A DNA stretch of 64,000 bases from Lama glama (taxonomy: Eukaryota). The position numbers and the translations under genes are program-made. Position 1 is the first letter of the stretch. Each line of letters begins with the position of its first letter. Shown piece by piece: positions 51,421 to 62,510 of this stretch. The stretch is from positions 27,778,001 through 27,842,000 of the forward strand of contig CM052816.1 in NCBI GenBank assembly GCA_028534125.1, in the 5' to 3' direction. The notes beneath the pieces are model-generated. The model did not search any database and was not told the DNA's origin. It saw only the letters and a program-made list of their open reading frames with translations.

Positions 51421-51901
51421 TGTCGACTGAAATAAATGCACAACCTAAAAGTTGAGAGTTATGTTTTATTCGGTGGACAATTCTGAGGACACAGCCCGGG
51501 GTTAAGCCTCTCCAATTGCTCTGAGGGACTGCTCAGAAGAGGTAGGGGAGGAACTAGGATATATAGGAGCTTTACAACAAAGACCAGGTAGTTGGAACAT
51601 TAAAAGATTACTTGTTAACTAAAGCAAACCAGACATCTCAAGTTAAAGAATTTAGCGCTTTTCTATGTACGGGAGGAAGCACACATTTGGGCTCACTGAA
51701 TTAATTCCTTTGACAAGCACCTAGCTATCTAGGGCCAGTATCCTGTCCTTTCTTATTCTGAGTCCCCTCAGGGTGCACCATTGTGAGTGGCTGCAGAGGC
51801 TGGGCTGCAGGCTTGTCTTCATGGGGGGGTGGCTGTAGCCGCTGATGATGGCTTCAGCATTCTTTGTTTACTGATACGGTTTGCAGTATTTTTTGTTCAC
51901 A
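51421..51901 (-). mobile_element. Young MER41-like ERV1 solo LTR, full length (481 bp)
   Basis: TGT...ACA termini, perfect 4-bp TSD AAGG, retained CpGs, minus-strand TATA-like box (about 51560) and AATAAA (about 51465). Confidence 0.9.
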
Positions 51902-54900
51902 AAGGAATATGCTTTCTCCATATGACAGGTATGAGGAAGATAATGTGTTCAAATTTCCAGCATCATCTCAGATTTGATGGTAACAATTGTGGTCACTATT
52001 TCTGAATTTACTTAAAAAAAAAAAAAAAGCCCTCAGAAACTTCTTTGTCCCAAAAGATAAACTTTCACAACCTGAACAATTTGGGCATGAAATTTTCCTA
52101 TGTGATATTTTTTCCTGGGTGGTTGTCAAGATCCAAGTAATTGTTTCCATAAATAGTCCAATTATGAGTTGTAGAAAAAAGTTTTGTCTCACCTCAAACC
52201 AAGAGATATTTGTCATTTACTATATTAAACTCTTTTCTCCAAGGAATCTGTTTTTGTGCTACATTTTCTCCAGAGGAATTCATTAAATTTTAAAAACTGT
52301 ATAAAAATTCAGGTAATTTGTTTTAACTTACCAGTTCAGATGTCTTGTTTCATAATTAAAATTTACTTTTATCATTAATAAACTCATGTGCTGCAAGTGA
52401 AATATTATTATGGCCAGAAATATGACTCTGGTTCCAGAAACCTTATTTTCTTTGCCACCGAGAGCAAGAAATTCTAGTTTTTAATCTGTCAAAATCAACT
52501 GTTCCTTAAAATTTCTACATCTGGTAAACTGCCAATGTAATTCAGCAAGGTAGCCATACTATAGGTATTTTTTATTTGACATTCCTCCAAGTAATTTTAA
52601 AACTAGGCCAATTTTGGAAGTAAATTAAGTCCCCAAACTTAAGCACAAAGAAGTCCTATCTGGCTACTGATCCTTTGTCTATTTAGTCAGGCGATTAAAA
52701 AAAAACAAAACACTTCTGTACTGTACAGTTTTCCTTAAAACAAATGAGATTTACACATGACAGTCAAGTTGGGTTCAACCTGTGCTCTTTAAACTCAGTG
52801 TCCTTGTTCATCATAAGGAAGTTTTGATTACAAATTTCAACAAAATTTTTAGACAGCTGTTTTGCCATAGACCTAGAGAGAAAAAGTTAAGGTTTAATGT
52901 AATAAGTAATACGAAACTTTATCTATTCACTAAGTTGGGAAAAAAATCAAATTCTGAGTCTACTTAACATTTTCTTAAATTCCCACTGACTGCTATCAAC
53001 ATTAGAGAAAAATGAAGCATGCCTATAAATGGCTGGTTTTTAGAAATTTGTTTCAGAAAACAGAGATACCTTGTCTCAGAAATGAGAGTATCCCTTTTTT
53101 CCAGGTGATCCAGGCAGTAGAGCTTTTATGTGAAAGCCCCCTGACTGGGCCAGAATGACTTCATATTATACCAGTACTTTGGTTATTGGTTCTCATAAGA
53201 AAACAGGTAAAACTAATAAATGAACAAAAATGTACATTTATAGGCTGTGAAAATTAGTAAAAAAAAAAAAAAAGGCCCCAAATTAACAGAAGTCTTGGGT
53301 CAAATATGAAATGTATAATTTGGAAAACAGCAGTCTGGTCATGTTTATTTAATTTGGGGGACTTATCAAGTGACCATTTCGCTCTAAGACAAATGATAGC
53401 AATAAACATAAACTGATGAAATAGAAAAAGGAATGTAACTCTGAGTGCTATAAAAGTGCTCATACTTAATATTTTCCTTTCTAGTCATACCCCATCAGTA
53501 TACTTCATATTCTAAATTTCTTTACTATTTATACACAGACAAACCAACACACACACTTTTGCCCCCACAAAAATACTATATATTTAAAGCAAAGTGCTGA
53601 ATCATAGTGCACATATACATTTAAGCTAAGTTGATGTTAGTTCTTACTATTCTATAGCCACCCTGAATTTACGTAATGTTTTGATGAATAGAAGCCTTGG
53701 TTGACTTGATTAAGAGATTTACGATACACTGTATTAAAGAAAAACATGCAGGCAGACTAAACTGCTGATCGTTCATGACTTACCTGCCCTCAAACAAAAC
53801 TAAAAAATAACCAAAAAGAGATTTTGATTTATCTGGTAAAAGTAAATGACATAAGGGAAACCCCTGTTACCTTAGAATAAGTATTACCTGGTATTATAGT
53901 CACCAACAGAATCCATTGAAAACAGAAATAAAAATTTTATTGTTACTAATGAAAAATGTTTAATTTGGATTATATGTTGAAAAACAATGCAAACCTATTG
54001 TGTATATACTAAAATTTTGCCCTAATTTAAATGCTGGACTTTGTAGTTCTGCTGAAAAATTGATAACATACAACTAATTCCTATATTTTTCATTATTGAC
54101 TTTTGCCATGTGACCTTAGAGAGTACAACTTATGCCCACCTCCCAAAAAAATCAGTTTTATAAATTCTCCTGAAGACCACTATTGATTCTTTGATATTTG
54201 TATCATTCTGTTTGAAAACACATTTCTTTTTGTCATTCTTGCTGATTCCCTTTTTCAGTTAACTGTGATAGCTTGGTTAGGTCTTCATTTGTGAACAGTT
54301 TTGAGATGATTCCATTCTATTAGGCAATCTTTGACAAGATTTACAACTTTACTTTGGAATTGCTTGGCATTTTAAAAAAAATTTTATTGTTGATGTTTAG
54401 AATACTCAATTGTTCATATGAGAATTCCTGACAAAGGACTTGATGAGATGGGATAAGCTTTCCACTAGCAATAAGCCCCAGAGGGATGTTTGTGTGGATA
54501 TTAAATACAAATACTTAGTAAACTGGTATAGATACGCAAGTTTTGCAACTGTAGAGGTTTGTTTAATAAACACCATGTATAGCAGGCAATTCCACAACCT
54601 AAAAAAATCCACCAGAACATTTAAACTTTCTAAAGTGATGATAACTAAATAACTGTTATAAAATATAAATTCTACCAGCAGTGATCAGGCAAGGTTTATC
54701 TGATCTGCTTTTATTGCTTTTCATCTGTAATCATAGTTTTAATTAGTTTCCTAAGGACATAGCTCCCATTATTTCCCCAGGGTTTTTTGAGCTTTTTAGT
54801 TTTAAATTATAATTATTGTAGCAACCAAAGTACTGATTTCAGAATGCAAAAGAGCTAGTAATGATTAATTATCTGAGACTTTTTAAAAAATGTATACAAC

Positions 54901-55497
54901 ATGGACTGTTTTCTTTCATTCACAAAATTATCTTCAGGTTATGAAATATTTTATATTGCAACATTAATTAGTTGATTGTGACATGATTTCAAAAAAATAG
55001 TTGATCAACCTTCAAAAAAACTAGTCAGCAACAAAGGGAAACTGTTTTACTTTAATATAAAAATAGCAGTACATAGAAACAATTGAAATATTAGGTATCT
55101 TTTCAGAGTCACTAATGTGATATATAGGTTTGAAACTAATGGCTTTTTCTTAAAACAACTTTCATTCTAATGTAACTTTTGAAAAAATGACTATCAGTAT
55201 GAGTTTCTTGATCTGAGTGATTTCTTAATACACTTTCTTTAAAAATAAAAGTTTATTTTAACATTTAGGTTTAAAGTTACGTCAAAAGTGATAAGAAATC
55301 AAAGCTCCTCTGTGACACCCAAAATGAAATCAAATATGAATTCATTATAAATTTTAGTTTCAAGTTAACGCAAGTAACAAATGCACAGAGAGAGACTTAA
55401 ACCTCTGCCCCTTGCCTACTAAAATGCTGGGCTCATTTAGCTGTAAGGTATTGTTTGAAAGTTTTGGTTTTATTTTATCTTGCATTGTTAAGAAATA

Positions 55498-55705
55498 CCA
55501 TTGGCCCTTGAACCACATGGGTGTGAACTGCGTCAGCCTAATTGCATGTGAATTTTTTTTAGTTGTAAATACTACACGGTCCGTGGTTGGTTGAATTCAG
55601 ATACAGAGAAACTGTGGATTTGGAGGACCGACTATAAGTTACACGTGGATTTTCAACTGTATGGAGGATCAATGCCCCAAACTCATGTTGTTGGAGGGTC
55701 AACTA
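55498..55705. mobile_element. Tigger2a/MER8-like MITE
   Basis: TIRs CATTGGCCCTTGAAC / GTTGGAGGGTCAACT; CCGTGGTTGGTTGAATT core. Confidence 0.85.
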
Positions 55706-56767
55706 TCTTTTATTTAGATCTGTACTCCAATTATAATAACAGCAATCAACAGCAAATGCAATTAGATGTTGACTTAGTTGGTGCAGACCCACACACCAAG
55801 TCAAAACTAATGGTCTTTGGGCTTCTTAATTATTTGTTTAAAAAATTTTTAAATAGAAGCAAGATTTCTAGTTATTTGCCTCAAATTTACTTTCTTTCTT
55901 TAAGTAGCCAGTTCCTGTTTAAAATGCTATGGAATAGAAAGATTGCTTATGAAGAAAGAAAATACAAAGCTAATGTGTGTCAACTTCAGTCATGGTTGAC
56001 AATGAAATTCTCATCTTGAAGCTTCTTTCATTACAAATGAGGTCATTCCAAGTCATATTCTCCCAGATATCTGGGCTTGACAAATTCCTGCACTGATTTG
56101 GGAGCTATTAGGTTGCTATTTCTTTTTTTTTTTTTTTCCTACTGACTGCCTCAGTGAGTTTGGCTTCATTCACTCTATTTTCTTGTCATCATCAACCTGA
56201 GAGACACAGAAGGGTGCTATTTCAAGTGTCAGCTACTTCCAGGTATGCCTCCTTTTTAAGATTAAATGCTGTGCATTAATTAAGATGGGAGAAAACAGAG
56301 CCCTTCACTTTATATTCTCTGTCCTCACTACTTCTCCTCATCTTCTAAAACAGATGGTAGTAGCACCAGCTTACTCTCATCCATGTCTGTGAAAGATATA
56401 AATAATGAAAAGCAGTGCTTCTTAGCACGTCACTCCAACAGACTGAAGTTGACACATGGAGTAATACCTGTTTGCCATCTCATTCCCTGAGCTAGCCTAA
56501 AGTCTTACATTGCCTCTGCCCAAAGTATAAATAAGAGCCATCACAACATGGTTTGTAGTGGGCTACATCACTTATCGGTCATTTGTTTTGGATCAGGAAT
56601 GCCTGTTTGTTTATGCATAGTAATGGTGTATAATTGTGGTTGCACTGCCCTGATGGTCCCAAAAAATCTTATTATGAAATCACTTATTGAGTAGCACCAT
56701 TCAAACAGTCCTTAGATGTTGTTTATGGCATAATTGCTTTGGGAAAATATATTTTAAACTTTAGCCC

Positions 56768-56842
56768 AGGTCAAGATGTGACCTCTGACCTTTGCTCCAG
56801 GTACATGTTTCCTTTGTCTTTCTCAATTACTCTAATTTGCAT
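56768..56842. promoter_or_regulatory. Candidate enhancer motif cluster: three AGGTCA half-sites, Sox site, octamer
   Basis: AGGTCA 56768-73, TGACCTcTGACCT 56779-91 (perfect DR1), CCTTTGT 56811-17 and ATTTGCAT 56835-42. Motif evidence only. Confidence 0.45.
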
Positions 56843-57169
56843 GTCGTGCCATTAATTGTATAATCTGAATATCCCTACATTTTAGCAGATTCTGGATGCA
56901 AGTGAAGTCACACTGAATAATAACTCATATTTCAATGGCTGTGATCCCCATATGCGTAACTAGGACAGCAATACTCTTCTGAAATCCTTCCAGTTGTTTC
57001 TGGTTTTCCTGGATATCTTGTGAGTGCTCAAAAACCATTCTGTCATATTCTCATCTGATCCTCTCATAAATGTTCAATGTCCACGAAGAACCTGAAGGAA
57101 ATTGCCACTGTTATAGATGCCCCTCATGAGAACCATTTCCCTGCCACATGCTGTCTCCCCTGACCACCT

Positions 57170-57382
57170 CTCCCACGCTCTGTTCTCTTCCTCTGTTTTA
57201 GTTTTCTTCATAGCTCTTAATGCTACCAGACATTATATTTTTTTTCTTTAGGTATTTTTATTGCCTAACTTTTATCGAACAAGACTTAGTCTTGTCCATT
57301 ACTCTATACCTAGTGCCTACAACAGTGCCTGACACTGGAAAGGCTTAATAAATGTTTATTGAATACATAAATGAATGAATTA
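57170..57382 (+). mobile_element. L2 3' terminus
   Basis: CTAGTGCCTACAACAGTGCCTGACAC...AATAAATGTTTATTGAAT...GAATGAAT. Confidence 0.85.
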
Positions 57383-58612
57383 AAAAGCCTAGGATGCCAA
57401 CCTGGAATGCCAAGGTGGTGCCATTTTCCCCTCCCATTCTTACTGGTCTGAATATACTGAGTCATATATAGAATTGGGAATAATGTCCCTTTCAAGACTA
57501 TATATCACATTTACTACTTGGTCATCAAACATGTGTTTCTATGGGTCCCATGCTCCCACTGGCCCCACATGCCCGCCAAGGGCCAACCTTGAAAGTAGGC
57601 TTTTCCAAAGATACCAGACTCAGGTCTGCTATGTGAGCATAAAAAATGAAAGCCAGCAAAGAAAACCTCAGTAGAATTATTTAATTGCAAGTGTTGTGCT
57701 GAACATATGTCCAAATGAAAATGGCTAAAGTCCTTATTTACACTTGATTCATGATGTCTAGACTAGCAGATTTTTCTCCTCCAGTATTACAAAGGATTTC
57801 CCACGAATTCTTCAGGACCCACAGTTTAGTGGCATTCACCGGCCACATCAGCCAGATGTCACATGGTGAACTAATGCGTGTTGCTCCCAATGGTCACTTT
57901 GCTTTCCACTGCTGGTTACTTGCTATCATCTCAAGGTGAATACCTATAACCTGCTGTTCCTCTTTTCTGCAAATAATAGCTTTCCCTCAAGGACTGGCAC
58001 ATAATTTCCCTCATTTAATGCCAGAGAAAAAGGAGGCTTAGATTGTAACGTGTAACTAGAATATAGAAAGATTGGGAATAGTGAAAGGGAAGTCTGGGGT
58101 AAGTAAATTATGACAGCTCCTGAATGTGACTGTATGAAGACGTGACCAGACATAAGCCAATCTCAGAAACCTTTCCAGGATGCTCTTCCCCCTACTCACT
58201 AGCCTGATGCCACTAAGCAAAATCAAGTTTACCCCAAAGGAGTATTTTAACAGTTTCTATTCAGCACTGCTCCCAGGATCCTGAGAGAGGAATCAATTTC
58301 TTTGGCACTTCATTTTCGTTTTTCTCATTGAATGATTAGCAGTCAGATTGGCACTCTCCTTAGTTAAAAATCTCCCTCCCACCTATAGGTGGGTAGTCTG
58401 GTCTTATGCTCCCAATACAATAATCTCATAATAGAAAATCTACTGAAATTTGAATTATTCATCCTTCCCTTAAGTGCAACTATGTGAGATAGCACCAGTG
58501 CAGAACATAGTATTTTGGAATAGAGGATCAGGCTAGCAGGTCTTTCCTGTGGCCTTTTGTGTCTCTGCTCCAGATCCACTGTAAGTACCTTCTTGTTTAA
58601 GAATACATACAT

Positions 58613-59295
58613 TCTTAAGGGTACATACCTCAACATAATAAAGGCCATATGTAATAAATCTACAGGTAACATCATACTCAACAGTGAAAAGCTGAAAGCA
58701 TTCCCCCTAAGATCAGGAACAAGGTAAGGATGCCCACTCTCACCACTTTTATTCAACATAGTTTTGGAAGTCCTAGTCACAGCAGAGAAGAAAAGGAAAT
58801 AAAAGAAATCCAGATTGGAAAGAAGAAGTAAAACTGTCATTGTTTGCAGATGACATGAAACTATACATAAAAAATCCTAAAGATGCCACTAGAAAACTAT
58901 TAGAGCTCATCAACAATCTTGGTAATGTTGCAGGATGCTAAACTAATATACAGAAATCTGTTGCATTTCTATAGACTAACAATGAAATATCAGAAAGAGA
59001 AATTAAGGAAACAGTCTCATTTGCTTTCGTATCAGAAGGAATAAAATACCTAGAAATAAACCTACCTAAGGAGGCAAAAGACATACACTCCTAAAACTAA
59101 GAAGCTGATGAAAGAAATTTAAGACAACACAAATAGATGGAAAGATATACTGGGTTCTTGGATTGGAAGAATCACTATTGTTAAAATGATTCAGTGCAAT
59201 CTCTATCAAATTACCCATGGCATTTTTCATAGAATTGGAACAATTTTAAAATTTGTGTATGGAAATACAAATATCCCTAGATAGCCAAAATAATT
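58613..59295 (+). mobile_element. LINE-1 ORF2 reverse-transcriptase fragment (inactivated)
   Basis: Translates [10 protein letters not shown]...[29 protein letters not shown] and LFADDM (about 58840). Confidence 0.95.
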
Positions 59296-61545
59296 TAAAA
59301 TTTTTTTAATTGAAGTATAGTCAGTTTACAATGTTGTGTCAATTTCTGGTGTACAGCATAAAGTTTCAGTCATACATATACATGCATATATTCATTTTCA
59401 TACTCTTTTTCATTATAGGTTACTAAAAGATACTGAATATAGTTCCCTGTGATATACATACAAACATATTGTTTATATATTTTATATACAGTAGTTAGTA
59501 TCTGCAAATCTCAAACTCTCAATTTATCCCTTCCCACCCTCTTCCCCCACCTGGTAACCACAAATTTGTTTTCTATGTCTGTGAATCTGTTTCTGTCTTA
59601 TAAGTAAGTTCATTTGTCTTTTTTTTAGGCTCTACATATAAGTAATATCATATGGTATTTTCCTTTCTCTTTCTGGCTTACTTCACTTAAAATGACAATC
59701 TCCAGGTCCATCTAGGTTGCTCCAATGGCATGATTTTATTCTTTTCTAAGGCTGAGTAATATTCCATTGTATAACTATATCACAACTTCTTTATCCAGTC
59801 ATCTGTCAGTGGACATTTAGGTTGTTTCCATGTCTTGGCTATTGTGAATAGTGCTACTGTGAACATTCGGGTTTGTGTATCTTTTCAAATTGGAGTTTTT
59901 TTCCAGATATATGCCCAGTAATCGGATTGCTGCATCATATGGTAAGTGTATGTTTATGTTTAGTTTTTTAAGGAATCACCATACTGTTTTCCATAATGGC
60001 TGCACCAAATTACATACCCACCAACAGTGTAGAAGCATCCCCTTTTCTCTACACCCTCTCCAGCATTTATCATTTATGGACTTTTGAATGATGGCCATTT
60101 TGACTGGTGTGAGGTGATACTTCATTGTAGTTTTGATTTGCGTTTCTCTGATAATTAGGGATATTGAGCTTTTTTTCATGTGCCTGTTGGCCATTTGAAT
60201 GTCTTAATTGGAGAATTGCTTATTTAGATCATCTGCCCATTTTTGGATTGGGTTGTTTGTTTTTTTGTTATTAAATAGTTATATGAACTATTTGTCTATT
60301 CTGGAGATTAAACTGTTGTCAGTCGCATTGTTTGCAAATATTTTTTCCCATTCTGTAGGTTGTCTTTTTCTGGTTATAGAACCCTTTGCTGCGCAAAACC
60401 TCCGATATTTAATTAGGTCCTATTTGTTTATTTTTGCTTTTATTTCTATTACCTGGGTAGATGCCCTAGGAGAACATGGCTAAGATTTATGTCAGAGAAT
60501 ATTTTGCCTATGTTTTCTTCCAGGAGGTTCATAGTGTCTTGTGTTATGTTTAAGTCTTCAAGATATTTTGAGTTTATTTTTGTGTATGGTGTGAGGAGTG
60601 TTCTAATTTCATTGATTTACATGTGACTGTCCCAGCTTTCCCAGCACCACTTAGTGATGAGACTCTTTTCTCCATTGTATGTGAATTTTTTAATTGAAGT
60701 ATAGTCAGTTATAATGTGTCAGTTTCTGGTGTACAGCACACTGTCCCAGTATATATATGTGTACATATATATATACACATACTCTTTTTCATTAAAGATT
60801 TTTATAAGGTATTGATTGTAGTTCCCTGTGCTATACAGAAAAAAATTATTTCTTATCTATAGTGGTTAACATTTGTAAATTTCACAAACTCCCAAATTTA
60901 TCCCTTCCTACCCTCTTTCTCCAGTAACCATAAGATTATTTACTATGTCTGCAAGTCTCTTTCTGTTTTAGATGAGTTCATTAGTGTCCTCTTTTTCCTT
61001 TTTTTTTTTTTTCAGATTCCACATATGAATGATATTATTTGGTATTTTTCTCTCTTTCTGGTTTACTTCACTTAGTATGATGACCTCTAGATCCATCCAT
61101 GTCACTGCAAATGACATTATTTTATTATTGTTTTATGGCTGAGTAGTATTCTATTATATAAATATACCACAACTTCTTTATCCAATCATCTGTAAGTGGA
61201 CATTTAGGTTGCTTCCTTGTCTTGGCTATTGTATATAGTGCTGCTGTGAACATTGGAATGCATGTATCTTTTCGAATTAAAGTTCCCTCCAGTTATATGC
61301 CCAGGAGTGGGATTGCTGGATCATATGGTAAGTCTATTTTTAGTTTTTGAGGAATCTCCATACTGTTTTCCATAAAGGTTACACCAAACTACATTCCCAC
61401 TATCCCAGTATATGTATCTCCATTATATATTCTTGCCTCCTTTGTTGAAGATTAATTGACCATAAGTCTGTGGGTTTATTTCTGAGCTCTCTATTCTGTT
61501 CTGTTGATCCATATGTCTGTTTTTGTGCCAATACCATGCTGTTTA
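59296..61545 (-). mobile_element. Camelid-type LINE-1 3' part nested in the plus-strand L1, itself split by another L1
   Basis: AATTGAAGTATAGTCAGTTTAC end; ORF 59976-60194 [30 protein letters not shown]; resumes at 61417. Confidence 0.92.
60683..61416 (-). mobile_element. Innermost LINE-1 3' end (~730 bp)
   Basis: Second AATTGAAGTATAGTCAGT end; flanked by TSD-like tctccattgtatgt / tctccattatatat. Confidence 0.9.
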
Positions 61546-61609
61546 CAATAGCCAAGACATGGTAACAACTCAAATGTCCATCAACTGATAACTGGATAAA
61601 GAAGTGTTG

Positions 61610-61930
61610 GATTCTACTTGCTAATATTTTGCTGAGAATTTTTTTGTGTCTATGTTCAATGATATTGCCCTGTAAGAAATCCTATTGGATTTCTTTTTTG
61701 GTAGTGTTTTTGTTTGATTTTGGAATCAGGGTGATGGTGGCTTCGTAGAATGAGTTTGGGAGTGTCACTCCCCTTCAACCTCTTGAAAGAGTTTAGTAAG
61801 GATTGGTATGGGTTTTTTTTTTTTTTTTTTTTTGTATGTTTGGTAGAGTTCCCCAGTGAAGCCATCTGGTCCTGGACTTTTGTTTGAAGGGAGGTTTTTT
61901 TTTTTTTTTTATTGCTTATTCTATTTGACT
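61610..61930 (-). mobile_element. Inverted internal L1 ORF2 fragment
   Basis: TTGCTAATATTTTGCTGAG, GTAGAATGAGTTTGGGAG and CAGTGAAGCCATCTGGTCCTGGACTTTT. Confidence 0.88.
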
Positions 61931-61936
61931 TCTAGT

Positions 61937-61937
61937 G

Positions 61938-61971
<34 letters not shown>

Positions 61972-61979
61972 TCTCTCCC

Positions 61980-62049
<70 letters not shown>
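61937..62049. repeat. Compound microsatellite (CTCTGT)n(CT)n(CA)n
   Basis: Direct inspection. Confidence 0.95.
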
Positions 62050-62510
62050 AGAGGAATATTACTCAGCCATCAAAAGAATGAAGTAATGCCATTTGCAGCA
62101 ACATGGATGAACCTAGAGATTATCATACTAAGTGAAGTAAGTAAGACAGAGAAAGACAAATATCATGATATTTATATGCATAATCTAAAATAATGATAGA
62201 AATAAACTTATTTATAAAACAGAAATAGATTCACAGACAGAATAAACTATGGTTACCAGAGGGGAAAGGGGTTGGGGGAGGAATATATTAAGTATTTGGG
62301 ATTAACAGATACAGCCTACTATATATAAAAAGGATAAACAACAAGGACCTACTGTATAGCCCAGGGAACTATATTCAATATCTTGTAATAATCGATAATA
62401 GAAAAGAATCTGAAAAATAATATATATATATAATTGAATCAGTTTGCTGTACACCTGAAACTAACACAACAATGGAAATCTTTAATTAAATTATACTTCA
62501 GTATAAAAAA
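62050..62510 (+). mobile_element. LINE-1 ORF2 end and 3' UTR with A tail (continues 61545-61610)
   Basis: GGAATATTACTCAGCCAT, GCAGCAACATGGATGAACCTAGAG and GCTGTACACCTGAAACTAACAC. Confidence 0.93.

Noticed and set aside
54406..54598. Minus-strand exon candidate (TTTTTTTAG|GTTGTGG)
   Set aside because: No good donor, phase does not link to the 47520 segment, and no recognisable protein.
55591..56019. 142-aa ORF
   Set aside because: Begins inside a Tigger MITE at a non-ATG start; composition looks non-coding.
56548..56694. 48-aa Cys-rich ORF with good Kozak context after a TATA box
   Set aside because: ATG is only about 22 nt from the TATA, too close to be in the transcript; chance-level length.
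58364..58840. 158-aa minus-strand ORF
   Set aside because: About half is the antisense frame of L1 ORF2, running into flanking DNA.
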